Source of the DNA: an uncultured delta proteobacterium
GTDB taxonomy: Bacteria; Desulfobacterota; Syntrophobacteria; BM002
Reading direction: 5' to 3'
NCBI GenBank assembly: GCA_963712115.1
Contig: CAVQGX010000020.1
Span: 64,001-128,000, forward strand
DNA: 64,000 nt
The position numbers and the translations under genes were made by a program. The notes beneath the pieces were generated by a model. It saw only the letters and a program-made list of their open reading frames with translations. It had not been told where the DNA came from and ran no database searches. Below are positions 50,366 through 61,493 of the stretch, in pieces. Within the stretch, counting starts at the first letter, position 1; every line of letters begins with the position of its first letter.

Positions 50366-51617
50366 ATGGAAGGACCATTTTCCTCAAAAGAAGAGCGAAT
50401 TTTACCTCGAAAGCATGGTAGATCCGTAATACTTTATGTAGACACAAAGAGTAGAGGGGGGGGCGGAAGAACACCTTTTAACTCTAGCTGGTAACCTATC
50501 CCACAGGGGATGGTCGTGTGAGGTATGTTTACCTCGCCATCCTGCACTTGAGGGACTCACTAAGGAAATCCGGGATAGCGGCTCGTCGATTCGCCTGAGG
50601 GATTACATCGATAATGGTAAGCCTCTTCTAGGGGTCTATGGCTGTCGTATTTTCTTAAGTTCGTTGTCTTATTTTGCGGCCTCAAGACCTTCACTCATCC
50701 ATTCCACTCCTCTGCCAGAGCCTGATTTTTCCCGGCTACCTGTCCTTGCTGCAGCAATCGTTGGTATACCTTTCATTATGGCTTTTCACTTGCCGCTGGC
50801 CAAGACAGTACCACCGCTAAATAGAAAAATTTACCATTGGTTGGCGACTAAAAGTTCCTCTTGGCTCGCCCTGTCGAACCACAACAGCAAACTACTTCAG
50901 CAACATTTTTCATCTTCCTGTGGAAAGATTCCAGATTGTTCCCAATGGGATCGATTACGCGAAATTTCATGTTCAAGAAAAAGAGCGTCAAGAGGCGAGA
51001 AAAAAGGTGAGAGCCGAACTTGGATGTACAATAAAGACGCAAGATTAGTCATAGGCATTGGTAGGGTAGAGGAAAGAAAAGGATTCGGTTATCTCGCGGC
51101 AGCAATCCCTAGAGTGATCAATAAACACCCTGACACGATTTTTCTCTGGGCGGGCGAACTGCCGGATCAAGAAAGTTGTGGTCTCCACAATTCTTCTAAG
51201 TTTCAGGGTCTAATTGAAATACTGCGAGAGATAGAGGAACTCTGGCATGGACGGTCTTGCTTTCTCTTGCTAGGGCATCGAAAGGATGTTCCAAGACTCT
51301 TGGCTGCAGCAGATATTTTTGTTCTGCCCTCTCTTATAGAAGGACACCCACTGGCGCTTTTGGAGTCCATGGCTGCAGGATTACCCTGCATAGCAACCAG
51401 GGGACTTGGGCTCTCCGAAGTAATCACCCAGGAAAAGGACGGTCTGCTCGTGCCACCGAGGGACAGCAAGGCTCTGGCTGAATCGATAAGTCGTCTCCTA
51501 GCAGAAAAGAGATTGGCAAAGAGTCTAGGGAGAGCTGCAGCTGAGCGGGCAAAGGAGTTTGATCTGTCTGTCATGCTGGATAAATTGGAGAGTATATACG
51601 AAGAGCTGCTCAGATAG
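50366..51617 (+). CDS. GT4 glycosyltransferase with three apparent frameshifts
   Basis: VILYVD..GG|AEEHL across a G8 run (50456-50463); IVPNGID hidden in an alternate frame at 50935-50955; GRVEERKG and EGHPLALLESMA motifs. Confidence 0.75.
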
Positions 51618-51735
51618 CTTCAAGTGAGCAGAGAGTTAACATTTTTAGATGTATTTTGCCACATTTAAGCCGCCGGATTAAAGTGGTTTTGCCGAAAACA
51701 GCCAGGAACTCGAACGTTTTGCGAGACTTGCAGAG

Positions 51736-52908
51736 ATGCTCATCGCCTTAGACTCCAGGCCTTTACTCAGGCCCCTCACTGGTGTTGGCTATTATACCTA
51801 TTACCTTCTGTGGCATATCCTTGAACAAGACAACCAGAATGACTACCTACTGATGGGACCACTAGGTCTTCGTCGAAACCTTATCGAGGCCAGGCTTCCC
51901 AAAGAAGAGAAGATTCTCAGGCTGAAACAAGCAGCTATTGGCAGGGTTAAGAGGAGGAGTTTATACAAGCGGCTAAAAATGGTTATGCTTTTCGGTCCGA
52001 GTGTTTTTTTTCGGATTTACTACTTGCGACGGAGAGCCAATCTTATCTTCGGCCCAAATTTTCTCGGCTTTTTCTCTTCCAATACCTCAACGGTCATCAC
52101 GGTTCATGACCTAAGCTATCTCATCTATCCGGATTGCATTGCCAAAAAGACTCTGAGAATTCTGCAAAAATACATGCCCAGACATCTTGCCAGAGCAGAC
52201 CGCATAATTGCCGTCTCTAAAAATACACAAAAAGACCTGGTGCGACTTTGCGGGGTACCTGAGGAGAAGATTTCAGTTGTCTATCCTGGTTATAATTCGG
52301 AGTTATTTAGACCGGCGAAGATAGAACACCAAGTACTTTCAGATAAGTTCGATTTGGAGCCGGGGTACATCTTATATGTTGGGACCATAGAGCCTCGCAA
52401 GAACCTTGTCACCCTGCTCGAGGCTTATAGGCTTCTTAGACAAAGAGGGATAACCGCTCCTTTGGTGCTCTGTGGTCCTGTCGGCTGGAAAAGCGAGCCC
52501 TTTTTCGCTACCTTGAGGACTTTGAGATCCGCGAATTCAGTGCGGCTTCTTGGCTATGTGGACGAACAATGGCTTCCTCTGCTTTACAATGGAGCATCAT
52601 GTTTCGTCTTTCCGTCTCTATACGAAGGGTTTGGTTTACCTGTGCTTGAGGCTATGGCCTGTGGCTGCCCAGTGGTCTGTTCAGGTGTCTCGGCCATACC
52701 GGAAGTGGTAGGCGGAGCGGGGCTACAGTTAGAGGATCCTATGAACGTAAAATTGCTGGCCGAGGCAATGTCTCGCATTTTAGAAGATCAAGATCTACGG
52801 GCAGAACTCAGAGCTGAGGGTATACAGCAGGCAAGTAATTTTTCTTGGAGAAAGACCGCCCGAGAGACATTGAAGATATTTGCTGACATGCTTAAGGGGG
52901 AGAGTTAA
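51736..52908 (+). CDS. GT4 glycosyltransferase (MtfB/mannosyltransferase-like)
   Basis: TGVGYY, TVHDL, VGTIEPRKN and YEGFGLPVLEAMACG motifs. Confidence 0.9.
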   Translation: MLIALDSRPLLRPLTGVGYYTYYLLWHILEQDNQNDYLLMGPLGLRRNLIEARLPKEEKILRLKQAAIGRVKRRSLYKRLKMVMLFGPSVFFRIYYLRRRANLIFGPNFLGFFSSNTSTVITVHDLSYLIYPDCIAKKTLRILQKYMPRHLARADRIIAVSKNTQKDLVRLCGVPEEKISVVYPGYNSELFRPAKIEHQVLSDKFDLEPGYILYVGTIEPRKNLVTLLEAYRLLRQRGITAPLVLCGPVGWKSEPFFATLRTLRSANSVRLLGYVDEQWLPLLYNGASCFVFPSLYEGFGLPVLEAMACGCPVVCSGVSAIPEVVGGAGLQLEDPMNVKLLAEAMSRILEDQDLRAELRAEGIQQASNFSWRKTARETLKIFADMLKGES

Positions 52909-52955
52909 TTAAAGGGCAAGCCTTAACTGCGGTTAAAATCCAAAGATTTTCTACA

Positions 52956-54102
52956 TCACTTCAAGAGCACACTAAGGGTCTCACGGGCAGTACTTTCCCA
53001 GGTGAACTTCGCCGCCCGTGCGACTGATGCCCTTGAGAGTCGCTTGTAGTTCTGCTCGGTGCTAAACACCACTTCATCGATGCTCTTTGCCAAGGCCTCC
53101 ACATTCTGGGGATCCACCAGGACCGCCGCCTCCCCAGTCACCTCGCTAAGTGAAGGCACATAAGAAGTGATCACGGGCACACCGCACGCCATTGCTTCCA
53201 GAACTGGCAGACCAAAACCCTCATACAGGGATGGGTAGACAAAGACCTTGGCCATGGAATAGATGGAGGGGAGATCATCGTCGTCGGCGAAACCGGTGAA
53301 CACCACCCTCTCTTCGAGATTCAATCTCTTGACGGTTTCGAATATCTCCTCATATAACCAGCCCTTTTTCCCGGTAATAACAAGCTTTAACCTCTCTCGC
53401 GACTCGAGCATTCCCGTATGCTTCAAGCAGCATGGTAATGTTCTTTCTTGGCTCCAGCGTCCCAGTGAAAAGAAGGTAGGATTCCGGTAGGCCGTATTTT
53501 TCTCTTACCCTTTGATTCTTGGATATGTCATCTATCCTCATGAAACGATCATCTTTTCCCAGCGGAGTTACAGAAATCCGCTTCTCATGTACTCCGAGGT
53601 GATGGACGAGGTCTCTCTTTGTGGTCTCAGAGTTCACCAGGATTTCGTCGTAGGTGTTCAAATGAATTGCTCTGCTTAAACGATAATAATAAAGTGTGTG
53701 TTTGTAGTAGCACTCAGGAAAGAGCAGAGGAATTACATCGTGAATGAATACGAGTTGTCGTTTCGCCAATTTGAGTGGAAGGAGTGGCCAAATACTGCCT
53801 GTGTTGAAAAATAGGTCCACCCCAGTTTTTTTGCACAGATATGGGAGGTATAGGTGCAACCACAATGGAATGAGTATGACATCATTGGGGATGGATTTCT
53901 CCAAAAAATTCTTATCTAAGACCTTAACATTCGGATAGGCAGATAACCTATCAACATCACTTTTGTCGAGTGGGGAGGGACTAAAGAGGAAGTAGTTGTT
54001 ATTATTATCAATTTTGGCTAGATTGAGGGCGAGGTTGAAACCGTACTGACCGACGCCAGTTTTTTTCCCGTGCAGATGTTCAATACTAATACCGATATTC
54101 AT
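52956..54102 (-). CDS. GT4 glycosyltransferase (MtfB-like), frameshift near 53412
   Basis: TGVGQY, IHD and GTLEPRKN in one frame; GKKGW and YEGFGLPVLEAMACG in the next. Confidence 0.82.
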
Positions 54103-54403
54103 GGTTCATCAGACCGTCCCATTGACATTATTTTATCAACCGTGCAAGAGTCATGCACAATTACCTATATACTCGGAATTGAAGAGATCTACAAATCCTC
54201 GATGGGGTGAACACCAAATGCGTATCCAACAATAGTGCTTTGCAGGCAATTTTGTTATAGACTCCATCTGGGCTAACAATTATTGGATCCGTTGGCAACA
54301 TTCTTGCTACTACTGAGTTGAGTCCTCAGATGGAGTATCCATTTGCCCTGTCGACAGAAAAAAGGAGGTTAAAGGTCTTGTTCATTACAGCAGGTGAGCG
54401 CAG

Positions 54404-55381
54404 ATGAAAGTCAGCGTGGTTATCCCCGCATACAATGCTGAGAACACCATTGGTCAAGCCGTGGCCCAAAGTCTTGCCCAGGCAAGAGAGTCATTGGAAG
54501 TTGAAGTCATTGTGGTTGATGACGGCTCTGATGATGATACTGCAAAGTTTGCCGAATCCGCCGGGGCGACGGTTATAAGGCAGGAAAATGCAGGTCCTGC
54601 GGCAGCCCGTAATCAAGGCTGGAAATCTGCCACAGGCCAGGTCATCTGTTTTACCGATTCAGACTGTGTTCCAACGGCGGGTTGGTTGGAAAACCTGCTG
54701 GCCGGCTTCACTGACGGGCAGGTAGGTGCAGTGGCGGGCAGCTATGAAATTGCCAACGCCAGTTCATGGTTGGCCCAATGGGTGCACCAGGAAATAATGG
54801 AAAGACACAAGCGGATGCCCCCCTTTGTCCGGGCTTTTGGCTCCTATAACGTAGCGATTCCACGCTATGTGCTGCAGGCAACCGGGGGATTTGAGCCAAA
54901 ATATCGCCAAGCAAGCGGTGAGGACAATGATCTTTCTTACAAGATCATCAAAAAGGATTGGCGCATAGCTTTCAGGCCTCAGGCAAAGGTTGCTCACTAT
55001 CACCCTGAGAGGGTTTGGAAATACTTGAAGGAGCAGTACCGTCACGGATTCTGGCGGGCAAAGCTCTACCAGGACCATCCTGATATGATCCGTGGAGATG
55101 ATTACACCAGGTTGCGAGACAGGTTGGAGCCGATTTTTGTGCTGGGGATTTGGGCTTGTGCAATATTAGCCGTGTTTGGCATTATTGGCTCCAATTGGCC
55201 GCTGTTGGTTTTACTCGGAGCTTATACGGCCATCCATTTATCCTGGCCAATTAGCTGGTGGCTGGGGGAAGGAAAGGTTGGAGGTTTTCCTTTCGCCGGT
55301 GTAACTTTCTTGCGAGGTTTTGCCCGGACTGCCGGCTTATGCATGGGCATTTTTCAGCTTGGATTCAAGAAGTCAGGCTGA
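54404..55381 (+). CDS. GT2 glycosyltransferase with C-terminal TM helices
   Basis: VSVVIPAYNA, VDDGSDD, GPAAARN, FTDSDC and GEDNDL motifs. Confidence 0.9.
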   Translation: MKVSVVIPAYNAENTIGQAVAQSLAQARESLEVEVIVVDDGSDDDTAKFAESAGATVIRQENAGPAAARNQGWKSATGQVICFTDSDCVPTAGWLENLLAGFTDGQVGAVAGSYEIANASSWLAQWVHQEIMERHKRMPPFVRAFGSYNVAIPRYVLQATGGFEPKYRQASGEDNDLSYKIIKKDWRIAFRPQAKVAHYHPERVWKYLKEQYRHGFWRAKLYQDHPDMIRGDDYTRLRDRLEPIFVLGIWACAILAVFGIIGSNWPLLVLLGAYTAIHLSWPISWWLGEGKVGGFPFAGVTFLRGFARTAGLCMGIFQLGFKKSG

Positions 55382-55446
55382 AATGCTAATGTTTAACCGC
55401 TTATAATAGCTGCCAACAACTGAAAGATAAGAATGTACATCTAGCT

Positions 55447-56163
55447 ATGGATCAAAGACTGTCGAAAAAAACCTTAATTATTGTGCCTGCCTACAATGAA
55501 GACGGCTCAATCGCCCGAGTGGTGGAGCATATCCGCAAAAACGTTCCACAAGCAGATATCCTGGTAGTCGACGACGGTTCCCAGGACAGAACGGCACGGA
55601 GGGCAAGAGAAAGCGGGGCTATGGTTATCAGCCTTCCCTACAACATGGGTATCGGCAGTGCAGTGCAGAGCGGCTTTCTTTTTGCCAAACAAAAAGGCTA
55701 CCACTTCGCCGTTCAAGTAGATGGCGACGGTCAGCACCCGGCAAGTGAGATTCCTCGTTTACTGGCAGCGCTGGAAAATGGTGTGGACATGGCCATCGGC
55801 TCCCGTTTTGTCCAGTTGACCAATTACCGGCCACCATTGTTGCGGGCAGTGGGCATAAAGATTTTTTCCTTCTTGGTCAGCTTAATCGTGGGCAAAAAGG
55901 TATATGATACTACCTCAGGTTTCAGGGCTTGCGGACGAAAGGCGATCGTTCTTCTTACCGAGACCTACCCCCACGACTACCCTGAGGTAGAGGCGTTGAT
56001 AACTTTGCACAGAAACGGGATGAGGTTTGTTGAGGTACCCGTGGAAATGAACTATCGCCAGGAGGGTGAGTCCTCCATATCCGCCAAAGCCGGATTATAC
56101 TACATGTTGAAAGTAACGCTGGCCGTTTTGGTGGCTGTTATCAAGAGGAGGAATGGAGAATGA
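55447..56163 (+). CDS. GT2, DPM1-like polyprenol-phosphate glycosyltransferase
   Basis: PAYNE, VDDGSQD, DGDGQH, IGSRF, DTTSGFR and DYPEVE motifs. Confidence 0.88.
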   Translation: MDQRLSKKTLIIVPAYNEDGSIARVVEHIRKNVPQADILVVDDGSQDRTARRARESGAMVISLPYNMGIGSAVQSGFLFAKQKGYHFAVQVDGDGQHPASEIPRLLAALENGVDMAIGSRFVQLTNYRPPLLRAVGIKIFSFLVSLIVGKKVYDTTSGFRACGRKAIVLLTETYPHDYPEVEALITLHRNGMRFVEVPVEMNYRQEGESSISAKAGLYYMLKVTLAVLVAVIKRRNGE

Positions 56164-56528
56164 TGGAAATCGCCACACATCTGCGGATCATCATAGGTGT
56201 CCTTTGTTTTGCCTTGGTTGGCATCATCATCGAGCTCATTCGACAGAATCGGTTGAAAGAGCACTATGCCATCATCTGGTTGTTGACCGCTGTGAGTATC
56301 TTTGTTTTCGGCATCTGGCCGGACTTGCTCAATCTCATTTCTCGCTTTGTCCGGCTGCACCATTTGACCACCCTATTCATGGTGGCCTTTCTCTTTCTGC
56401 TGGCCATTGTGTTGCATTTTACCCTTGCTATTAGTCAACTTTTCGACCGAAACAAGCGCTTAACCCAGGAGGTGGCATGGTTGAGGTTTGAGCTTGAGCA
56501 GGTGAAGGGTCAGGAACCCCAGGAATAA
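56160..56528 (+). CDS. DUF2304 family small membrane protein
   Basis: Three TMs; LKEHYAIIW and KRLTQEVA motifs; ATGA coupling to the DPM1-like gene, the usual pairing. Confidence 0.85.
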   Translation: MMEIATHLRIIIGVLCFALVGIIIELIRQNRLKEHYAIIWLLTAVSIFVFGIWPDLLNLISRFVRLHHLTTLFMVAFLFLLAIVLHFTLAISQLFDRNKRLTQEVAWLRFELEQVKGQEPQE

Positions 56529-56539
56529 AACTAGAACAG

Positions 56540-58355
56540 ATGGACACGGGAGATAAAATTGTAGGGAGACTTTTTTCAAGGAGCAGTCATCGTCTCCTAA
56601 TATGTTTGGCCCTCTGCATATCAATATTTGCAGTATATTGGCAGGTCTGGGATCACTCATTTGTCAACTACGATGACACCCTCTATGTAACTAAGAATCC
56701 CTATGTGCAGGCCGGACTGACCTCCAGGGGTATCACCTGGTCCTTGACTGCTACCCATGGGGGCAACTGGCATCCTCTGACCTGGCTGTCACACATGCTA
56801 GATTGCCACCTCTTTGGGATGGATCCAGGGTGGCATCATTTTAGCAGTCTGCTTTTTCATACGGCAAACTCTTTGCTGCTTTTTCTGGCACTGAACCGCA
56901 TGACCGGCGGACTGTGGCGGAGTGCTTTTGTCGCCGGCACTCTTTGCCCTCCACCCTCTTCATGTGGAATCGGTCGCTTGGGTGGCGGAGCGCAAGGATG
57001 TACTAAGCACCTTTTTCTTGTTCCTGACACTTTTGAGCTACATTTGGTATGTCGAGCGTCCCGGATTCTACCGTTACCTGTTAATAATTCTATCTTTTGT
57101 CTTGGGCCTTATGGCCAAGCCCATGGTGGTGACACTGCCATTTGTTCTGCTCTTGCTGGACTATTGGCCCCTCGGACGCTTACCAGTTGGCCGCCTGCAA
57201 GGTGCTTCACTCCCACCAACTGATCCACTTGTGAGTTCCAGAAATGTGGTCTCCCAAGCCCGCCCTCTGCTTTGGGAAAAGATTCCACTTTTTGTCGTTG
57301 CGGCAGTTTCGAGCGTCATAACGTATCTGGCCCAAGATAGTCACAATGCCGTTAAGACTCTAATCAAGTTTCCTCTGGAATGCCGTCTTGCCAATGGGCT
57401 GGTTTCCTACACTAATTACCTTGCCAAGATGGTCTGGCCTAAAGATCTGGCGGTTTTCTACCCTCATCCGGGTCAAAGCTTGCCCATTTGGCAGGCTGTC
57501 TTAGCCGGCCTGATATTGCTGATCATATCCATTGCGGTTATCCGATTAGGACGGCGATATCCATATCTGCCAGTGGGTTGGCTTTGGTATGTTGGAACTC
57601 TGGTACCGGTAATTGGACTGGTGCAAGTGGGAGAACAGGCCATGGCCGACCGTTACACCTATGTGCCCCTGATAGGTTTGTTTGTCATCATAGCGTGGGG
57701 TGTTCCCGACCTTGTGTCAGGATGGGCATATGGGAGAACCGCGTTGGCCGTTACCGCAGCCGTTGTTCTTTCTGTTTTAATGGTAAGCACCTGGAAACAA
57801 CTGCATCACTGGAAGAGCAGCACTGCACTTTTTGAACACACCCTTGATGTTACCGGAGGCAACTCTGTGGCGCACTTCGGCTTGGGGAACGCTTTGTTAG
57901 AAGAGGGCAAGACAGCCGAGGCAATCCATCATTATTCTGAGGCCTTGCGTTTAGATCCTGGATATGTGGGAGCACGAATCAATTGGGGAATTGCACTCCT
58001 AGACCAAGGCAGACCGGCTGATGCCATCAACCACTTTTTTGAGGTCCTGAGAATTAATCCTGAAGATGGCCGAGTATACCTCAACCTGGGCGTTGCCTTA
58101 GCAAGAGAGGGCAGGACAGCTGAGGCTATGGACTACTATTTTAAAGCATCACTTCAAGATCCTGTTCACGCTTCTATTGCCTACTACAATATTGCTTGCG
58201 AGTATGCCAAGCAAAACAAAAAGGAGGAATCTATTGTTTGGCTTGAAAAAGCAATAAGGAAAGGTTTTAGGAATTGGAAGCATATCAAAGCTGATAAGGA
58301 TTTGGATAATATTCGAAGTTCTGCACGCTATAAAGAGCTTATTAAAGACCACTGA
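56540..58355 (+). CDS. TMTC-like GT-C/TPR protein, frameshift near 56935
   Basis: FVNYDD-YV and NWHPLTWLSH, then HPLHVESVAWVAERKDVL, AKPM, ADRYTY and TPRs. Confidence 0.82.
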
Positions 58356-58376
58356 ACTAGCCCGCGACACTGCTGA

Positions 58377-60476
58377 CTAATCAGTAAGCTTATTTGCCTC
58401 CTTCAGGGCTAGATCCAGATTTTGGCGTGCTTGCACATATCCCGGTTTTAGCTTCACTGCCTCTGAGAAATGGACTATTGCCTTTTCGAGCATTCCCAGA
58501 CCAGCACAGGTCACTCCCATATTATTGTGGGCTTCGGCGTAATCCGGCTGGATCTCTAGAGCTTGCCCATAGTGGTTGATTGCCCCCTCGAGATTTCCCA
58601 CGCTTGCTAGGGCAACACCCAGATCATTGTGCGCCGTAGCAGAATTGGGCTGAAACCGCACCACTGCAGCGTAGTGCTCAATCGCTTCTTCCATTTTTCC
58701 CAGACGGGATAGGGCAATGGCCAGATTATGATGTATATCTGCCTCGTTCGGCTTGAGCCGCAAAGCTTCCACATATTCGGTAACTGCCTCATTAATCCTT
58801 CCTTGGGTGAAAAGAACATTTCCCAGGTTACTGTGGGCCTCGGCCCAATCCGGCTTCAACCGCACTGCAGCATAAAAATGACCGACCGCTTCCTCCACTT
58901 TTCCCGTTTGTAGGAGCGCAAGGGCTAAATTGTTGTGTGCCGAAGAATACTCCTTCTTTAAGCGAAGTGCCCGGTGGTAATGATCAATAGCCTCTTGGTA
59001 CTTCCCTTGTGAGGCCAGGACAAGACCGAAATTGTTATGAGCCTGGGCATAATCGGGCTTGAGCCGCAAAGCCTCCAAATAATGTCCAATCGCTTCATCC
59101 CGCCTTCCTTTCTCGTCCAGGGCATCTGCCAGATTCTTGTGCGCAATTGGACTATTGGGCGCCTTACTCAGACTGTCCTCCCAGAGGGATAGACTGTTTG
59201 CCCAAACCTTGTTCCGCTGGACGGTGAGGAAAGAAAGCGAAAATACCAAGACAAGTGAAGTTATGATTATAGGTATGGAGGTTCTGCCGAAAAACCTTGC
59301 CGACACTTTATGCACTAACAATGAAAATCCGAGAAATAAGCCTACCCCAGGCAAATAGAGGTAACGATCGGCCATGGTTGTCGATATGGGAATAATATTG
59401 GATACAGGAAACCAGGCGATAAGAAACCAACCGATACAGAAAAGTGCTAGCTTCTCCCCCTTTTTTATCTGCAGGAACAACAGAAGAGCTAAGAAAGTAA
59501 TAAGGCAAAATGAGATGATGACCTTGTATTCAAAAAAAGATAGCGATATATAGTCGACATATCGATTATTAAGCCAGAATGGAAAGAAAATATTTTTTAT
59601 ATAATCATAAAGCACTCTGAACATGGTTAGAAAGGTAAAAAGGGGGTTATCCATATAATGTCGTTTGACTGTTGGATCGGGGCCGGTAGATAATACATTT
59701 GATAGAATAATAAATTGCATAAGGGCCAATAATAGGTAGGGAATGTAGTAGATTAGCCGCTTTTTAAAGCTTTTCCATGGGAAAATGTCACGGTAACGAC
59801 AGTAGTCATACAGCATCAATAAACCAGGCAGGGTTACAGCAAATGGGCTTGAGAGCAGTGCCAAGATACAGGTTAATATAGAAAACAAATAGGGCAGAAG
59901 GCCGAGTTGTGCCTTGACCGAGCTCCTTACGTATAGATAGAAAGAAAGAAAATAAAAGAAAGCCAAGAGCACGTATTTTCTCGAGGCTATCCAGGTAACC
60001 GCTTCCACATTCACCGGATGAACTGAGAAGAGCAGCGCCGTTAAGAGTGAAATAGTCCCATTAGAGTCTCTAAAGTTATCCCCACGTACTTGGTTCAATA
60101 CATTGGCGAGGAGAAGGTAAAGAATAATTGCAGACAATGTGTGCAGAAGGGTATTTGCAAGGTGGTAACCTATCGGATTCAGCTCCCAAATATAATAATC
60201 GAGTGCATAACTCAACACCCTCACCGGTTGGTAAGTTTGGCCGGGTTTGGGAGTAAAGATGCTCAAAAGATTTTTAAAGCCCAGTGATCTTATGGCAACG
60301 TTTTGAATGACGAGAGTTGGATCATCCCAGTTGGTGAAACCATTAGTAAGAGTATTGGCATATACTGTTAGCGACAATAGCACTATGCAGGCGATAGACC
60401 AGAGAGAGAACCTTCTCGTGGCGGCATGATCAAAATTCATATTAAAGATCGGTCTTTTCTTCTCTCTGGTGATCAT
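58377..60476 (-). CDS. TMTC-like GT-C/TPR protein
   Basis: FTNWDD, YQPV, GYHLAN-LH, HPVNVEAVTWIASRK, ADRYLYLP and about seven TPRs; ATG overlaps the upstream stop. Confidence 0.85.
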   Translation of the reverse strand: MITREKKRPIFNMNFDHAATRRFSLWSIACIVLLSLTVYANTLTNGFTNWDDPTLVIQNVAIRSLGFKNLLSIFTPKPGQTYQPVRVLSYALDYYIWELNPIGYHLANTLLHTLSAIILYLLLANVLNQVRGDNFRDSNGTISLLTALLFSVHPVNVEAVTWIASRKYVLLAFFYFLSFYLYVRSSVKAQLGLLPYLFSILTCILALLSSPFAVTLPGLLMLYDYCRYRDIFPWKSFKKRLIYYIPYLLLALMQFIILSNVLSTGPDPTVKRHYMDNPLFTFLTMFRVLYDYIKNIFFPFWLNNRYVDYISLSFFEYKVIISFCLITFLALLLFLQIKKGEKLALFCIGWFLIAWFPVSNIIPISTTMADRYLYLPGVGLFLGFSLLVHKVSARFFGRTSIPIIITSLVLVFSLSFLTVQRNKVWANSLSLWEDSLSKAPNSPIAHKNLADALDEKGRRDEAIGHYLEALRLKPDYAQAHNNFGLVLASQGKYQEAIDHYHRALRLKKEYSSAHNNLALALLQTGKVEEAVGHFYAAVRLKPDWAEAHSNLGNVLFTQGRINEAVTEYVEALRLKPNEADIHHNLAIALSRLGKMEEAIEHYAAVVRFQPNSATAHNDLGVALASVGNLEGAINHYGQALEIQPDYAEAHNNMGVTCAGLGMLEKAIVHFSEAVKLKPGYVQARQNLDLALKEANKLTD

Positions 60477-61408
60477 ATTTTTATTTCTTTGTCGGCTGAT
60501 TTCATCAGCCCATTTACTCCAAGATGCCAGCCAGCCAGCAGTCCCATTAGCAAGGGGAGTAAGGACCATACCAATCTGTCAATGGCAACAAAACCAATAC
60601 TCACCGATGCTGATGCGCCTGCCCGACTTAATAACTCTATAATTGAAACATCCTTGACACCTATACCCATGGGTATGAGAGATAAGAGCCCGGCTAGGTG
60701 TGAGGCAAGGTAGATGAATACGAATTCCATCAGTCTCGTAGTCGCCCCGAGGCCTGTCAACACAATCCAACCGGCGACACCGTTCAAGAGTGCCTTGGCA
60801 GCGGCTATGAGGACACAGTATAAGGTAATCCATGGAGAGATTTTACCCAACTCAGAGAAGAAACGGTCAATCCAGGAGGACCGCTCTGTCCGGGCAGGAT
60901 GCAACTTCTGATAGAGGGCGGCTGAACCGAATAGGCAAGTGAGGGCGACTGCTCCAAGACCGAGCCCCACCAAAGGGTCAATGAAGATCCAGGCTGAAAA
61001 AGAAACGGTCAAAGCCACCATTACAAGAACATCCAGGCCTGTCGTTGCCATTAAGGAGGCTACGCCGGCTGTGTAGGGAATTCCAAGAACGTGTTTGAAT
61101 AGAAATAGTCTTACAGGTATGCCCAATTTCAAAGGACCGGCATAGTTAAATGAGTGTGAAGCAAAAAGAACCTGGGAGAGTTTGAATAGAGAATCAATAT
61201 TACATATCCTGCTGATAATGATATTGAAGTAGTAAATATTAAGCAGCTGAACAAGAAAAAATAGACATATGACCGCCAACCAGCGTTTATATGAAAGGAG
61301 AGAGAAAATACTTAAGTCTATTTCTGGTATTAATTTTGAGAGATATACTATTGTTAGCAAGAACAAAAAGGAAGGAATTAGGATGCGAATTGATTTAGTA
61401 AGATTCAA
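60473..61408 (-). CDS. Flippase-like membrane protein (LPG synthase TM / UPF0104 family)
   Basis: Multi-TM protein with NY-P-KLG-R and IPMGIGVKD motifs. Confidence 0.78.
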   Translation of the reverse strand: MNLTKSIRILIPSFLFLLTIVYLSKLIPEIDLSIFSLLSYKRWLAVICLFFLVQLLNIYYFNIIISRICNIDSLFKLSQVLFASHSFNYAGPLKLGIPVRLFLFKHVLGIPYTAGVASLMATTGLDVLVMVALTVSFSAWIFIDPLVGLGLGAVALTCLFGSAALYQKLHPARTERSSWIDRFFSELGKISPWITLYCVLIAAAKALLNGVAGWIVLTGLGATTRLMEFVFIYLASHLAGLLSLIPMGIGVKDVSIIELLSRAGASASVSIGFVAIDRLVWSLLPLLMGLLAGWHLGVNGLMKSADKEIKI

Positions 61409-61493
61409 AATAATTCCTTGACTTAATGTAGACTAAATTTAAAAGCTCTTAAATAAAAATAACAATTCAATCACTCGGGGTAAATTTTGTCTC

